From contig NC_083409.1 of NCBI RefSeq assembly GCF_020745735.1, forward strand, positions 23,952,048 through 24,016,047: a stretch of 64,000 nt of DNA. Reading direction: 5' to 3'. Both the position numbers and the translations under genes were made by a program. This document shows positions 23,915 to 36,800 of the stretch, in pieces. This stretch comes from Hemiscyllium ocellatum. Its lineage: Eukaryota. The notes below the pieces were generated by a model, which was not told where the DNA came from, searched no databases, and worked only from the letters and a program-made list of their open reading frames with translations. Numbering within the stretch: the first letter of the stretch is position 1; each line of letters starts with the position of its first letter.

Positions 23915-24966
23915 AGCAGGTCGATGCAGCCTGAATGTAGTATTGCAGGAGTCTCAGCTCCTTGTCCAACAGGAATGAGGTACTTGCTCCCTGTGTCAAT
24001 GAGGGAAATGATTGTCGGGAGAATGGGCAAACGTAATGTGAGCATTTTGGTGATAGTGACCATAAAGTGTGACAAATCCTTAGGATCTGACATTCTCCAT
24101 CTGAGGGTAATAAAGGTAGCAACAGACCACATTGTAGACACTCTGACTATAATCTTTCAGAGTTCCCTGTATACAGGAGTCGTACCTCTGGCTTGGAAAT
24201 TTGCAAATGTCACTTCACATTTAACAAGGATGTGAGAGAAAATCCAAGGAATTACAGGTCACTAAGCCAGCGTTTGTAGTGTGGGAATTGCTGAAATCTA
24301 TAAGCAAGGATGGGCGTGACTGAAGACCTTGAAAATGGTCAGATATTCACGGAGAGTCAGCATGGATTCATGACAAGGTGGTGAAAAACCTCATTGAACT
24401 TTTTTGAAGAGGAGACTAACGTACTGGGCACAGTAATGTCTATGGATGTTGTTCATATGGACTTCCAAAAGGCATTTGATAGTGTCCTTTGTAAGAAAAC
24501 GTCAACTTCGATAGAAGTCCACAGAATTGAGGCTAAAATACTGACACATTGGAATGCTGGTTGAGTGACAGGTGACCGAAAATAGGGATAATGGGTAAGT
24601 GCTGAAATTGGCAGGATGTGACTAGTGGTGTCCAATAGAGATGTGTGCTCATACCTCAATTATTTACATTATTTATCAATGACTTGGATCATGGCATAGA
24701 AAGTCAGATATTTCGGTTTGGTAATGACACAAAGTTTGGCAGCATTGTAGACAGTGTCGATAGAGTCAGAGACTCATACAGCATTCATTCAGGGCAGACT
24801 TTAACAGAGTATAATTTATCTTTGATATACAACTCCTTGAACTCTATCTCTCTCTCTCTCGCTGTATTCCCCCTCCTCTCTCTACCTCAGCTGCATGGAT
24901 CTTACTCTGATTTTAATCCCTCTTTTCTCTCTCCAAGCTCCATCTCCCTCTCTCTCAAAGCTCCCA

Positions 24967-24997
<31 letters not shown>

Positions 24998-25065
24998 CTG
25001 AGCACCATCTCTCCCTCATTCTGAGCTGCTGGGAGTTCGATCTGAGCCAATGCCAGTGAATCCCA

Positions 25066-25345
25066 TGGAGAATAATGACGGGATATTTGGAGTGTGAGTT
25101 TGATGATGTAAATGTGAACCATTGCAGCAAAGACATTACAGATGGTTTGTACAGACTGCAAAGCCCAAACCAGAACATTGTGTCAATCAACACAGAACTA
25201 ATGTACACTTCAATAAAAACGGGTATTAATGTGATTTTCAGAGATGTGTCATTATTCTCATTACAAATGGCTGTTTCCCAGTGAAGGCCCATCCTGCTGA
25301 ATATTAGATACAGCTGAGCTTTGGAAAATATTGGGCAGTTGGAGT
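25066..25345 (+). repeat. Conserved module M2, copy U (paralogues 32215-32436 minus, 46590-46740 partial)
   Basis: Core 25066-25180 differs from the reverse complement of ~32320-32436 at 4 of ~116 nt; contains ATGTAAAT 25106-25113 and CAGATG 25139-25144. Confidence 0.6.
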
Positions 25346-25379
25346 ATAATGTGGGGGAGTGTGACCTTATTCACTTTCA

Positions 25380-26720
25380 CGATAATCATTCAAATGTGAC
25401 TGGTGCACTCTTAAGTTCAAATGGCAATTGGGTATAATCCTGAAGGTGTAAGAGAGACAGAAACTCACATAGTTCTAGTTATTAATGAGGTTTTATCAAC
25501 AAATCAATTTTAGGAAAGAATGATACACTTCCAATTTATCTATGCAATCTTCTCATCTGGGAATAGGGAATGAATCTGGCTTTGTGACTATTTTCACTTT
25601 CTTAGAGTCTACACAGAATCAAATTGAACAGTTTGGTTCAGGAACCAATGTTACAGGAGAACTCCAATTACTCTGACTTGGTTCAATCAACTGATTCTCC
25701 AACATGGAAGCCCTCTGTTATGTTGGCCTGTTTCTGTTAGTTTTTGCTTTATTGTGTCTGAATTACCAATTCCATGTCATATTTGATTCATGTGGTACAT
25801 CCAAGTTATCATTACAAGACCATAAGATAAAAGAGTGGAATTGGGCTATTTGGCCCATCAAGTCTGGTCTCCCATTTATTTATGGTTAATAACGTCTCTC
25901 AGCCCAATTCTCTTACTTTCTCTGCAGCCCTCTGCAACAATCAATTCCACTGATTAATGACATGCTGGCTGAAGAAATTCCTCCTCAACTAATTTCGAAA
26001 GTTTGTCTCTTCTCTCTGAGACTGTTCCCTCAGGTCTTCAACTCTCCTATTATTGGAAACATCTTCCCCATGTCCTGTCTATCCAGGCTTCTCCGTATTC
26101 TGTAAGTTTCAATGACATTCCCTCTCATCCTTCTAAACTCCATCAAGTACAGAATCAAAGACCTCAACTACTCCTCATACAAACATCTTTGTATTTTCTG
26201 AGCAATCTCATTAAATCTACCTGTTGATCTTTCTCCAGATACAACAATACAGTGTCTGAATTCTCGAATAGATCTGAAATTGTTCATCCAATAACAGGAA
26301 GTTCACTTTGGGAATTATCGGATTCTCTTTGGATCTCTTACATTTTCTGATCGCCTCCTCTATTATACTCACTACTTGACAAACCTGTACATGACGGGAT
26401 GGTTCCTCAAAAACTGGGAGAGGAATTAAGGATGCTGGTTTTGTATTGAGGTTTACCTACAACTTGACAAGTAGTACACGTTTTATAAAACTGCTCCACA
26501 TCTTTATCCAATTGTGGCTCAGTAAAATACCTGTTTCTGGATGCCTGTGTTTTCCAAATCCCCATGTGACCTGCCATGGGAGTCTCATGTGCCCCTTGTA
26601 CTATCTCCCTCTGTCAGCTGGGTGGGACCAATAGCCGATGTCTAAACAACCATTCTTCAGCTGGAGGTCCATGAGGGGATCTCCAAATCCTCATCAGCAT
26701 TCTGTTTTGAAGTTAACCAT
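25380..26720 (-). mobile_element. Ty3/Gypsy relic (integrase HHCC region upstream of RT), copy U
   Basis: Minus strand: AHETPMAGHMG..KT..C..CQVVGKP...LIPLPVFEEP, then QSNWSSP and CVDSKKVKIVTKPDSFPIPR; interrupted by a CR1 3' piece. Confidence 0.7.
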
Positions 26721-27012
26721 GGTGGCACGGGGGCTCAGTGGTTAGCACTGCTACCTCACAGTGCCAAGGACCTGGGTTCAATTACATCCCCGGGTGACTG
26801 TCTGTCTGAAGTTTGCACATTCTCCCTGTGTCTGTGTGGGTTTCCTCTGGGTGCTCCAGTTTCCTCCCACAATCCAAAAGAAGTACAGGTGAGGTGAATT
26901 GGCCAAGCTAAATTGCCCATAGTGTTAGGTGTGTTAGTCAGAGGTAAATGTAGGGAAGGGCCTGGGTGGGTTACTGTTTGGAGGGCCAGTGTGGACTTGT
27001 TGGGCCAAAGGG
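26721..27012 (+). mobile_element. HE1-like V-SINE
   Basis: Full head, V-domain and tail; its head is mirrored at 28240-28282. Confidence 0.85.
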
Positions 27013-28418
27013 ACTGAATTGAGAAGGAACTTCTTCACCCAAGTCCTCGTAAATCTATGAAATTCCTTGCCCAAAGAAGTAGTTGATGTTAATTCAATAA
27101 ACATTTTTAAAGCTAAGAACGATTTTTTTCCAAGAATAAAGGAATTAAGAGATACGGTGAGAGCGCAGATAATTGGAGTTGAGTCCAAGAAATGATCAGC
27201 CATGATCTTATTGCATGGTGGAGCAGGCTCGAAGGGCCAGATGGCCTACCCCTGCTCCTGTTCCTAGTTCTTATGTTCCTTGGGAGTAGTGAGGAATGAA
27301 GGGACCTTGGTGTACAAGTCCATTGATCCCAGAAGATATCAGCACAGCTAGACAGGGTGGCGAAAAGGCATATGGGATGCTTGCCATCATTAGCCAAGTG
27401 TAGAATATAGGAGTAAGGAAGTCTTGTTGTTAATTTACAGAGCATTGATTAGGCCATATCTGGAACACTGTGTACAGTCTGGTCATGACACTGTCGGAAG
27501 GACATGACTGCACTGGAGAGGGTGGAGAGGAGACTCACCAGGATGTTCCCTGGAATGGACTGGCTTAGTTATGAGGAGAGACTGGATAGGCTGGGTTTGT
27601 TTTCTCTGGGGGAATTCTGATAAAGGTTTAAAAAATTATGAAAGACATAGACAAAGTAAATCGTGAGAATCTTTTCCCATGGCAGACACATCTGTGACCA
27701 GAGGGCATAAACAGAACGTGATGAAAAAGTGGTTTAGAGGGGTTTTGAGGACTTTTTTCCCCAGAGGGTGGTAGAAATATGGAATATGCTCCTTGAGAAT
27801 GTGCTGCTCCTCTCACAACATTTGAGAAACATCCAGATGAGCACAGAAAATGCCAGGGCATGGAAGGCTATGGACCAAGTGCAGGGGGGAGGGGTGGGGG
27901 GAGGATTAACACAGTTTGGTGATTACTGATCAGCATCGACATGTTAGGCAGGAGAACCTGTTTGTTTGCTGTATGACTCTATGACTGTGAAGTGAAGGAT
28001 TTGGAAGCATGAGAAGACAATTAAACAAGTGAGATGGGGAAAAATAATGGAGCTAGACCATGCAAAAATGAACTTGGGAAGCACAAGAGATTTCTGCATC
28101 CCTGTCAGAGGAATGTTCTCAGGATCATGAGGAGGTGAAAATGGCTATTCTATGCACACATGAGTCGGTCCCAGAAACATACAGACAGATGTTTCACAAC
28201 TTACAGATACAGCCTGGACAAACATCTACTGACTTTGAGACGGTGAGGTAGCAGTGCTAACCACTGAGACCCCGTGCCGCCATGGTTAACTTCAGAACAG
28301 AGTGCTGATGAGGAAGTGGAGACCCCCTCATGGACCCCTAGATGAAGAATGGTTGGTTAGACATTGGCTAGTGGTCCCACCCAGCTATCAGAGGGAACTA
28401 GTACAAGGAGCACATGAG

Positions 28419-31223
28419 TGCTTGAACTTGCAGTGTGGGTTGGTACCTGGGACTTCGATGTTGTGGCCATTACAGAGACGTGGGTAGAACAGGGACAAGA
28501 ATGGCTGTTGCAGGTTCCAGGGTTTAAATGTTTTAGTAGGATCAGACATGGGGGTAAAAAAGGGGGAGGTGTGGCATTACTTGTCAAAGATAGTATTACA
28601 GCAGTGGAATGGACGATGGAAGAGGACTTGCCATCTGAGGTAGTTTGGGCTGAGGTTAGAAATAGGAAAGGTGAGGTCACCCTGTTAGGTGTTTTCTACA
28701 GGCCTCCTAATAGTCCTAGAGAAGTAGAGGATAATATTGCGAGGATGATTCAGGAAAAGAGTGAAGGTAGCAGGGTGGTTGTTATGGGGGACTTTAACTT
28801 CCCAGATATTGACTGGGAGAACTATAGCTCGAGTTCATTAGATGGGTCGGTGTTTGTCCAATGTGTGCAGGAGGGTTTCCTGACACAATATGTAGACAGG
28901 CCAACAAGAGGTGAGGCTATACTGGATTTGGTTCTAGGTAATGAACCAGGCCAGGTGTTAGACTTGGAGGTAGGTGAGCACTTCGGGGACAGTGACCACA
29001 ACTCGGTGACTTTTACTTTAGTGATGGACAGGGATAAGTGTGCGCCGCAGGGCAAGAGTTATAGCTGGGGGCAGGGAAATTATGATGCAGTGAGGCATGA
29101 CTTAGGATGTGTGGATTGGAAAAACAGGCTTCAAGAGAAGAACACTAATGAGATGTGGGGATTGTTCAAGGAGCAGCTACTACGTGTCCTCGATAAGTAT
29201 GTACCAGTCAGGCATGGTGTAAAGGGTCTTGTGAGGCAGCCGTGGTTTAGTAAGGAATTGGAATCCCTTGTGAAAGGGAAGAAGGCGGCATATGTAAAGA
29301 TGAGGCGTGAAGGTTCAGTTGGCGCGATAGAGAGTTATAAGGTAGCCAGGAAGGATCTAAAGAGAGAGCTAAGAGAAGCGAGAAGGGGACATGAAAAGTC
29401 TTTAGCTGGTAGGATTAGGGAAAACCCAAAGGCTTTCTATAGGTATGTCAGGAATAAAAGGATGACTAGGGTAGGTATTGGTCCAGTCAAGGATAGTAGT
29501 GGGAAGTAGTGTGTGGAGGCGGAGGAGATTGGAGAGACACTAAATCAATACTTTTCATCAGTATTCACTCAGGAACAGGACACTGTTGCTGATGTGAATA
29601 TGGTGTCACAAATGATTAGAATGGATGGCCTGGAAATATGCAGGGAAGAGGTTCTGGGAATATTGGAGAGGATGAAAATAGATAAGTCTCCTGGGCCTGA
29701 TGGCATTTACCCTAGGATCCTATGGGAAGCTAGGGAGGAGATAGCAGAGCCATTGGCCTGGATTTTTATGTCGTCATTGTCAACGGGAATAGTACCAGAG
29801 GACTGGAGGATAGCGAATGTGGTCCCCTTGTTCAAGAAAGGGAGTAGGGATAGCCCTAGTAACTATAGGCCAGTGAGTCTGACTTCAGTGGTGGGCAAAG
29901 TCTTAGAGAGAATGGTAAGGGATAAGATTTATGAACATCTAGATAGGAATAACGTGATCAAGGATAGCCAGCATGGTTTTGTGAAGGGCAGGTCGTGCCT
30001 CACAAACCTTATTGAGTTCTTTGAGAAGGTGACTAAGGAAGTGGACGAGGGTAAAGCAGTAGATGTTGTGTATATGAATTTTAGTAAGGCGTTCGATAAG
30101 GTTCCCCATGGTAGGCTAATGCTAAAACTACGGAGGTATGGCATTGAGGATACATTAGAGGTTTGGATTAGGAATTGGCTAGCTGGAAGGAGACAGAGGG
30201 TAGTAGTTGATGGACTATGTTCATCTTGGAGTGCAGTTACTAGCGGTGTACCACAAGGATCTGTTTTGGGACCATTGCTTTTTGTTATCTTTATAAATGA
30301 TCTAGAGGAAGGGCTTGAAAGCTGGGTAAGCAAGTTCGCGGATGACACAAAAGTCGGTGGAGTTGTGGATAGTGAGGAAGGAAGTGGTAGGTTACAGCGG
30401 GATATAGATAAGTTGCAGAGCTGGGCAGAAATGTGGCAAATGGAATTCATTGTAGCTAAGTGTGAAGTCATTCACTTTGGTAGGAGTAACAAGAAGATGG
30501 ATTACTGGGCTAATGGTAGGCTACTTGGTAGTGTGGATGAGCAGAGGGATCTTGGTGTCCATGTACACAGATCTCTGAAAGTGGCCACCCAGGTAAATAG
30601 TGCTGTGAGGAAGGCATATGGTGTACTGGGCTTTATTGGTAGAGGAATTGAGTTCCGGAGTCCTGAGGTCATGTTGCAGTTGTATAAAACTCTGGTGCGG
30701 CCTCATCTGGAGTATTGTGTACAGTTTTGGTCGCCATACTATAGGAAGGATGTGGAGGCATTGGAACGAGTGCAGAGGAGGTTTACCAGGATGTTGCCTG
30801 GAATGGTAGGAAAATCTTATGAGGAAAGGCTGAGGCACTTGGGGCTGTTCTCATTGGAGAAGAGAAGGTTTAGGGGAGATTTGATAGAGGTGTATAAGAT
30901 GATTAGAGGTTTAGATAGGGTCGACACTGAGAACCTTTTACCGCTAATGGAGTCAGGTGTTACTAGGGGACACAGCTTTAAATTAAGGGGTGGTAGGTAT
31001 AGGACAGATGTTAGGGGTAGATTCTTTACACAGCGGGTTGTGAGTTCATGGAATGCCCTGCCAGTAGCAGTGGTGAACTCTCCTTCTTTATGGTCATTTA
31101 AGCGGGCATTAGATAGGCATTTGGAAGTTATTGGGCTAGTGTAGGTTAGGTAGGATTCGGTCGGCGCAACATTGAGGGCCGAAGGGCCTGTACTGCGCTG
31201 TATCTTTCTATGTTCTATGTTCT
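28419..31223 (+). mobile_element. CR1-type LINE (HER1-like), 5'-truncated, young, inactivated
   Basis: ORFs 28418-29509 (APE endonuclease) and 29513-31144 (RT, FADD) share one frame split by TAG 29507-29509; (TTCTATG)n tail; TSD ATGAG 28414-28418/31224-31228. Confidence 0.95.
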
Positions 31224-32717
31224 ATGAGACTCCCATGGCAGATCACATGGGGATTTGGAAAACAAGGCATCCAGAAACAGGTATTTTACTGAGCTACAAT
31301 TGGATAAAGATGTGGTGCAGTTTTATAAAACTTGTCCTACTTGTCAAGTTTTGTCAACACAAAACCAGCATCCTTAATTCCTCTCCCAGTTTTTGAGGAA
31401 CCATAGTGTCATGTACAGATTTGTCAAGAAGTGAGTATAATGAAGATGAGGATGACCCTTACTCCTTTCCATAATAACTTTGAAACTGACGGAGTTGTGT
31501 TCACTATCTCCAAAATGCTCACCCACTGACTCTTCAACCATTTGACCGGCTTCATTACCAATGATTGAGTCCAGCACTGCCCATGTGTAGACGGACTACC
31601 TATGTACTGGCACCAAAAGCTCTCCTGGATGGACTTTAAAATTTCTACCATTCACACAAAGGCAATCCCAGTTCATGCTCGAGAAGTTGAAACTCCCTAC
31701 TAACATAACCCTATTCCTCTCACACTTCTCTGTGATTTGCCAACATATTTGCTAATTTCACTCCATCTGACAATTGGGGAGCCTGTAGTATAATCCCAGC
31801 AAAGTGATTGTCCTTTTGTTATTTCTAGCTTTACCCAGATGGCCTCATTTGAAGAGCCTTCCCCTGTCAAGCCCCTTAAGAATTTGATACATTTCGATGA
31901 GATTCCCTCTCATTCTTCTAAACTCCAGTGATCAGATTCCTAACCTGTTTGACCTTTGCTCATAAGAGCATCACTCCATACCAGAAATCAGTCAAGGGAA
32001 CCATCTCTGAACTACATCCAATGCAGCTCCTGTCCTTTCTTCAATAAGGAGCCTGATACTGGACACCATATTCCAGATGTGCTCTCACCAAACCCCTAAC
32101 CCTAACAGCTGTAGTAAAATGTCCCTGCTTTTAGATTGCATTCTCTTCGAGGAGCACCAACACTCCATCTGCCTCCGGATTCACTTGCTGTAGCTGTGTA
32201 CTAACTTTATGATTCATGTCCCCCCACATTACATCCATCTGCCTAATATTTCTCCAAAGCCCAGCTGTATCTAATACTCAGCAGGATGGACCCCTTCACT
32301 GGGAAAACATCATTTGTAACAATGCTCTGGTTTGGGCTTTGCTGTCTGTACAAACCATCTGTAATGTCTTTGCTGCAATGGTTCACATTTACATCATCAA
32401 GCTCACACTCCAAATATCCCGTCATTATTCTTCATGGCTGAAGAATATGGCCCTGGCTGATCCTTTCCCTGCAGCAAGGGACCGAGTGGAATGTCATGAT
32501 TGGAATTGCTATTTGAGAGGAGCAGGTCCACTCCGGATCTGGATCTCAGGTTTGGGAATGTGCCGGGATGCTGGATCAGAGGATGGAACCTCCTCCAGAA
32601 CTGGGAAAATATAACAATGAGAATCCAATCAGACAGACCCTTGTCAGGGAAGGAGGGAGGGGGATGTCGGTGCTGGGCACAGTAAACCAGCTCATGGTGT
32701 CCAAGAGGCTGAGTGGG

Positions 32718-33022
32718 TAGATTAGATTACTTACAGTATGGAAACAGGCCCTTCGGCCTAACAAGTCCACACCGACCCACCGAAGCGCAACCCACTCATA
32801 CCCCTACATTTGCCCCTTACCTAACACTACGGGCAATTTAGCATGGCCAATTCACCTGATACGCACATCTTTGGATTGTGGGAGGAAACCGGAGCACCCG
32901 GAGGAAACCCACACAGACATGGGGAGAATGTGCAAATTTCACACAGTCAGGCGCCTGAGGCAGGAATTGAACCCGGGTCTCTGACGCTGTGAGGCAGCAA
33001 TGCTAACCACTGTGCCACCGTG
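32718..33022 (-). mobile_element. HE1-like V-SINE, young
   Basis: High identity to the 44671 and 52562 copies; (ATTAG)n tail. Confidence 0.92.
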
Positions 33023-33452
33023 GTTAGAAGTTGAAGCTTCTGCAGCTTCTCCTGGCTTCCAGCTCCATCATTAAATCAGGAGCAGTTTCAACACAGGAAC
33101 CCCATTTCTCATCAGTACACACAGACACCATCATCAGGACAGAAGAAATAGGGACAGCAGGAGGCCATTCAGCCTCTCCAGCCTGCTCCACTAAACCCCA
33201 GGGAATAATGTCCCAATAGACTCCATTTGGCCTCATCAGAGAATCCCCTTATGCCAGGAACCAACTTCACGAATCTTTGCTGCACCTCCTTCCAGGTAGA
33301 GTCTGGGTGAGTCTATCCTTCCATCGGGAAGGAAATCAAAACTGGACCCAGTGCTGCAGGTGCGGCCTCACCAAGGTCTGACATAATTGGAATAAGACTC
33401 CTTCCCTCAGACATGGACAACAGCTGGCTCCCAATAATTGGCTCCCTCTCCG

Positions 33453-33487
<35 letters not shown>

Positions 33488-33809
33488 TTTTTCCTCTCTC
33501 TCTCTCTCCCCCTTTCCCTCTCGTTGTCTTAGCATCACCCCATCTCTCCCTCTTTCTCAGTCTCAATGCTGACTTCTTCCTCTGAAGGGGTTCTCTGGTG
33601 GTCAGTGTTTAATAGAAGCGGCTGCGTGTCAGTATATTTTCGATGCTGTAGGATTTATGAGCATGGGGGGAGGGGATTCAGGCTCCGTTCTTTGATATCA
33701 GGCAGTGATGCCTGCCCCAGTGGGTCAGACTGTGATGCTGCTGTTTGCTGGCACTGACACTATGATATGGATTGCAATGTCACTCAGTGTGACAGGAGGT
33801 TACATGACT

Positions 33810-36800
33810 TGATGAGTGGTGTCTTACAAACTTGATTGAGTTTTTTGAAGAAGTAACAAGGAGGATTGATGAGGACAGAGTGTTGGATGGGATTTATGTG
33901 GACTTCAGTAAGGCATTCAACAAGGTTCCACATGGGAGACTGGCAAGGTTATGTCTTATGGAATACAAGGAGAACTAGCCATTTGTATACAGAACTGGCT
34001 GAAAAGTAGAAGACAGCGGATGGTGGTGGAGGGTTGCTTTTCAGACTGGAGGCCTGTGACCAGTGGAGTGCCACAAGGGTTGGTGCTAAATCCACTATAA
34101 ATGATTTATATAAATGATTTGGATATGAACATAGGAGATATAGTTAGTAAGTTTACAGATGACACCAAAATTGGTGGTGTAGTGGACAGCGAAGAAGGTT
34201 TCCCCAGATAACAATGGGGTCTTGATCAAAAGGTCCTATGGGCTGAAGAGTGGCAGATGGAGTTTAATTTAGATAAATGCGAGGTGCTGCATTTTAGCAA
34301 AGTAACTCTTAGCAGAACGTATGTACTTAATGGTCAGGTCCCAGAGAGTGTTGCTGAACAAAGACACCTTGGAGTGCAGTTTCATATCTCCTTGAAAATC
34401 GAGTCGCAGGTAGATAGGATAGTGAAGAAGGCATTTGGTATGCCTTCCTTTATTGGTCAGAGTACTGAGTACAGGAGTTGGGTGGTCATGTTGCGGCTGT
34501 ACAGGACATTGGATAGACCACTTTTGGAAAATTATGCACAAGTCCGGTCTCCATCCTATCGGAAGAATGTTGTGAATCTTGAAAGGGTTCAGAAAAAATT
34601 TACAAGGATGTTGCCAGGTTTGAAGGATTTGTGCTATAGGTAGAAGTTGAACAGATTGGGGCTGTTTTCGCTGGAGCATCAGAGGCTAAGGGGTGACCTT
34701 ATAGAGGTTTATAAAAGTATGAGGGGCATGCACAGGATAAAGAGATAAGGCCTTTTCCCTGGCGTTAGGGAGTACAAAACTAGAGGGCATAGGTTTAGGG
34801 TGAGAGGGGAAAATATAAAAGAGACTTGAGGGGGCCAATGTTTCATGCAGAGGGTGGTGTGAGTGTGAAATGGGCTGCCAGAGGAAGTGGTGGAGGCCAG
34901 TACAATTACAACATTTAAAATGCATCTGGACAGGTATATGAATAGGAAGGGTTTCGATGGACATGGGCCGGGTGTTGGCAGGTGTACAAGATTGGGGTGA
35001 GATATCTGGTCAGCATGGATGGGTTAGACTGAAGGGTCTGTTTCTGTGCTGAACATCTCTATGACTTAATGACTCCAGGAGGAGGTTGTTCAGCCCCTCG
35101 TGTCAGTGCTATCTGTTTACTAACCTCATTCACAATGAACATCTCTGTTGAATGTCTGTTGTTGGGAATTGATAGAATCTAGTTTTAGAGACAGAATGTC
35201 TGACAAATCTAAACTGATCGGAGTAAGTCAGCATGGAATTAAAAAGGTTCAGACATCTTCAACTAACCTGGTGACATACTATAAAGAGGTCACTAATGCG
35301 TGAGATAAGGGGATGTGTTGTTTATATGGACGTCCAGATGACATTCAAGGAAGTTACACACAAATGTTAAAATGTTATAATTGAAACAAAGAGATGACAG
35401 AGAAACATATTCTGGATCTTTCTTCACAAATGAATTCTCAAATATATCTTAAAAATGTTGGTGAACCCAGGGTCTTATCAGAGGAAGGAACTAAAGGAAT
35501 CAGTTTTTGTAGGGAAATGGTTCTGGGAAAATTAAAGTATGTTAAATCAGCAGGGACAAATAATCTATTTTCGGGAGTACTTCAGGAAGCGGTTGTAAAA
35601 TACTGGAAACACTGACAGTTATCTGTTTGTCGGCTGTGGGATAGGTTCTAGAGAGTGGAGGGCAGCTAATTTAACACAACTATTGAAAAAGAGAGAGGGG
35701 GGGAAAATAAGGAATTTGAGACCAATTAACCGGACATCAGCAGTGGAGAAAATGTTCAAGATCAGTCTAAAATGTTTTATAGCTTAGCACTTTGGAAACA
35801 GTGACAGAATTGGACAGAGTCAGCATGGATTGTCGAAAGGGAAATCATGCTTAACAAATCACCTGGAATTGTTCAAGGATGAAGCAAGTGGATGTGATCA
35901 TGTGGACCCCATGGATATGGTTTATTTGGACTTTGTAAGGGGAGAGGGCAGGTGGTTCTGTGGTCAAAAATGAGACTTCTGAATAGCATGTTGCCTCCCA
36001 GGTGCACAGGTCAGGGATGTGTCAGATCAGCTGCAGGACATTCTGAAGGGGGAGGTGAACAGCTAGCTGCGATGGTGCATGTAGGCACAAATGATATCAG
36101 TAATAAATGGGATAAGGTCCTACAGCAGAATTTAGGAGTTAGGAACCATGTTAAAAAGTAGAACCTCAGAGGTAGTAATCTCAGGATTGTTACCAGTGCC
36201 ACGTAGCAGAAATGAAAAAAAAAGCAGGATGAATGCGTGACCTGAGAGATGGTGTAGGAGGGAGATGCTCAGATTTTTGGGACATGAGGACCAGTTCTGG
36301 GCGAGGTGGGACTATTACAAATCAGATGGTCTACACCTGGGCAGGACTGGAACTAATGGCCTCTGGGGTACTTTTGCTCATACTCTTGGGGAAGGTTCAA
36401 GATAAGGTAGCAGAGGGATGGCAAGATTAGGGAACCCTGGATGGCAGATGAAATTGTGAGACTAGCTAAGAGGAAAATGGATGCATACATAAGGTCTAGG
36501 TGGCTGTAAATAGATAAAGCTTTGGAAGAATACCGGGAAAGTAGGACCGATCTGAAATGAGGAACTAAATGGGCTAAAAGGGGTCATGATATATCATTAG
36601 CAAACAGGGCTTAGGAAAATCCCAAAACCTTTTATTTATATAAAAGAAGCAAGTGGGTGACCAGTGAAAGGTTAGCCCACTCAACGACAAAGGAGGAAAG
36701 TTAGGCGTGGAGTCAGAGAAAATGGGAGAGCTTCTTAATGAGTAATTTGTTTCAGTATTCAACAAGAAGAGGGAAAAGATGGATGTTGAAATTGGGGATC

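Noticed and set aside
25075-25284. Paralogous ORFs MTGYLECE... (25075 + and 32243 -) as a small gene
   Set aside because: No recognisable domain, the C-termini diverge through an indel, several frames are open by chance and no exon structure was seen; kept only as conserved module M2.
29507-29512. Programmed stop-codon readthrough in CR1 ORF2
   Set aside because: TAG-TGT is not a recognised readthrough context; CR1 ORF2 is normally continuous; the copy is also truncated and has an RT Asp-to-Asn change.
29929-30471. Long antisense ORFs over LINE and Penelope coding regions (also 22119-22592)
   Set aside because: Shadow ORFs of retroelement reading frames.
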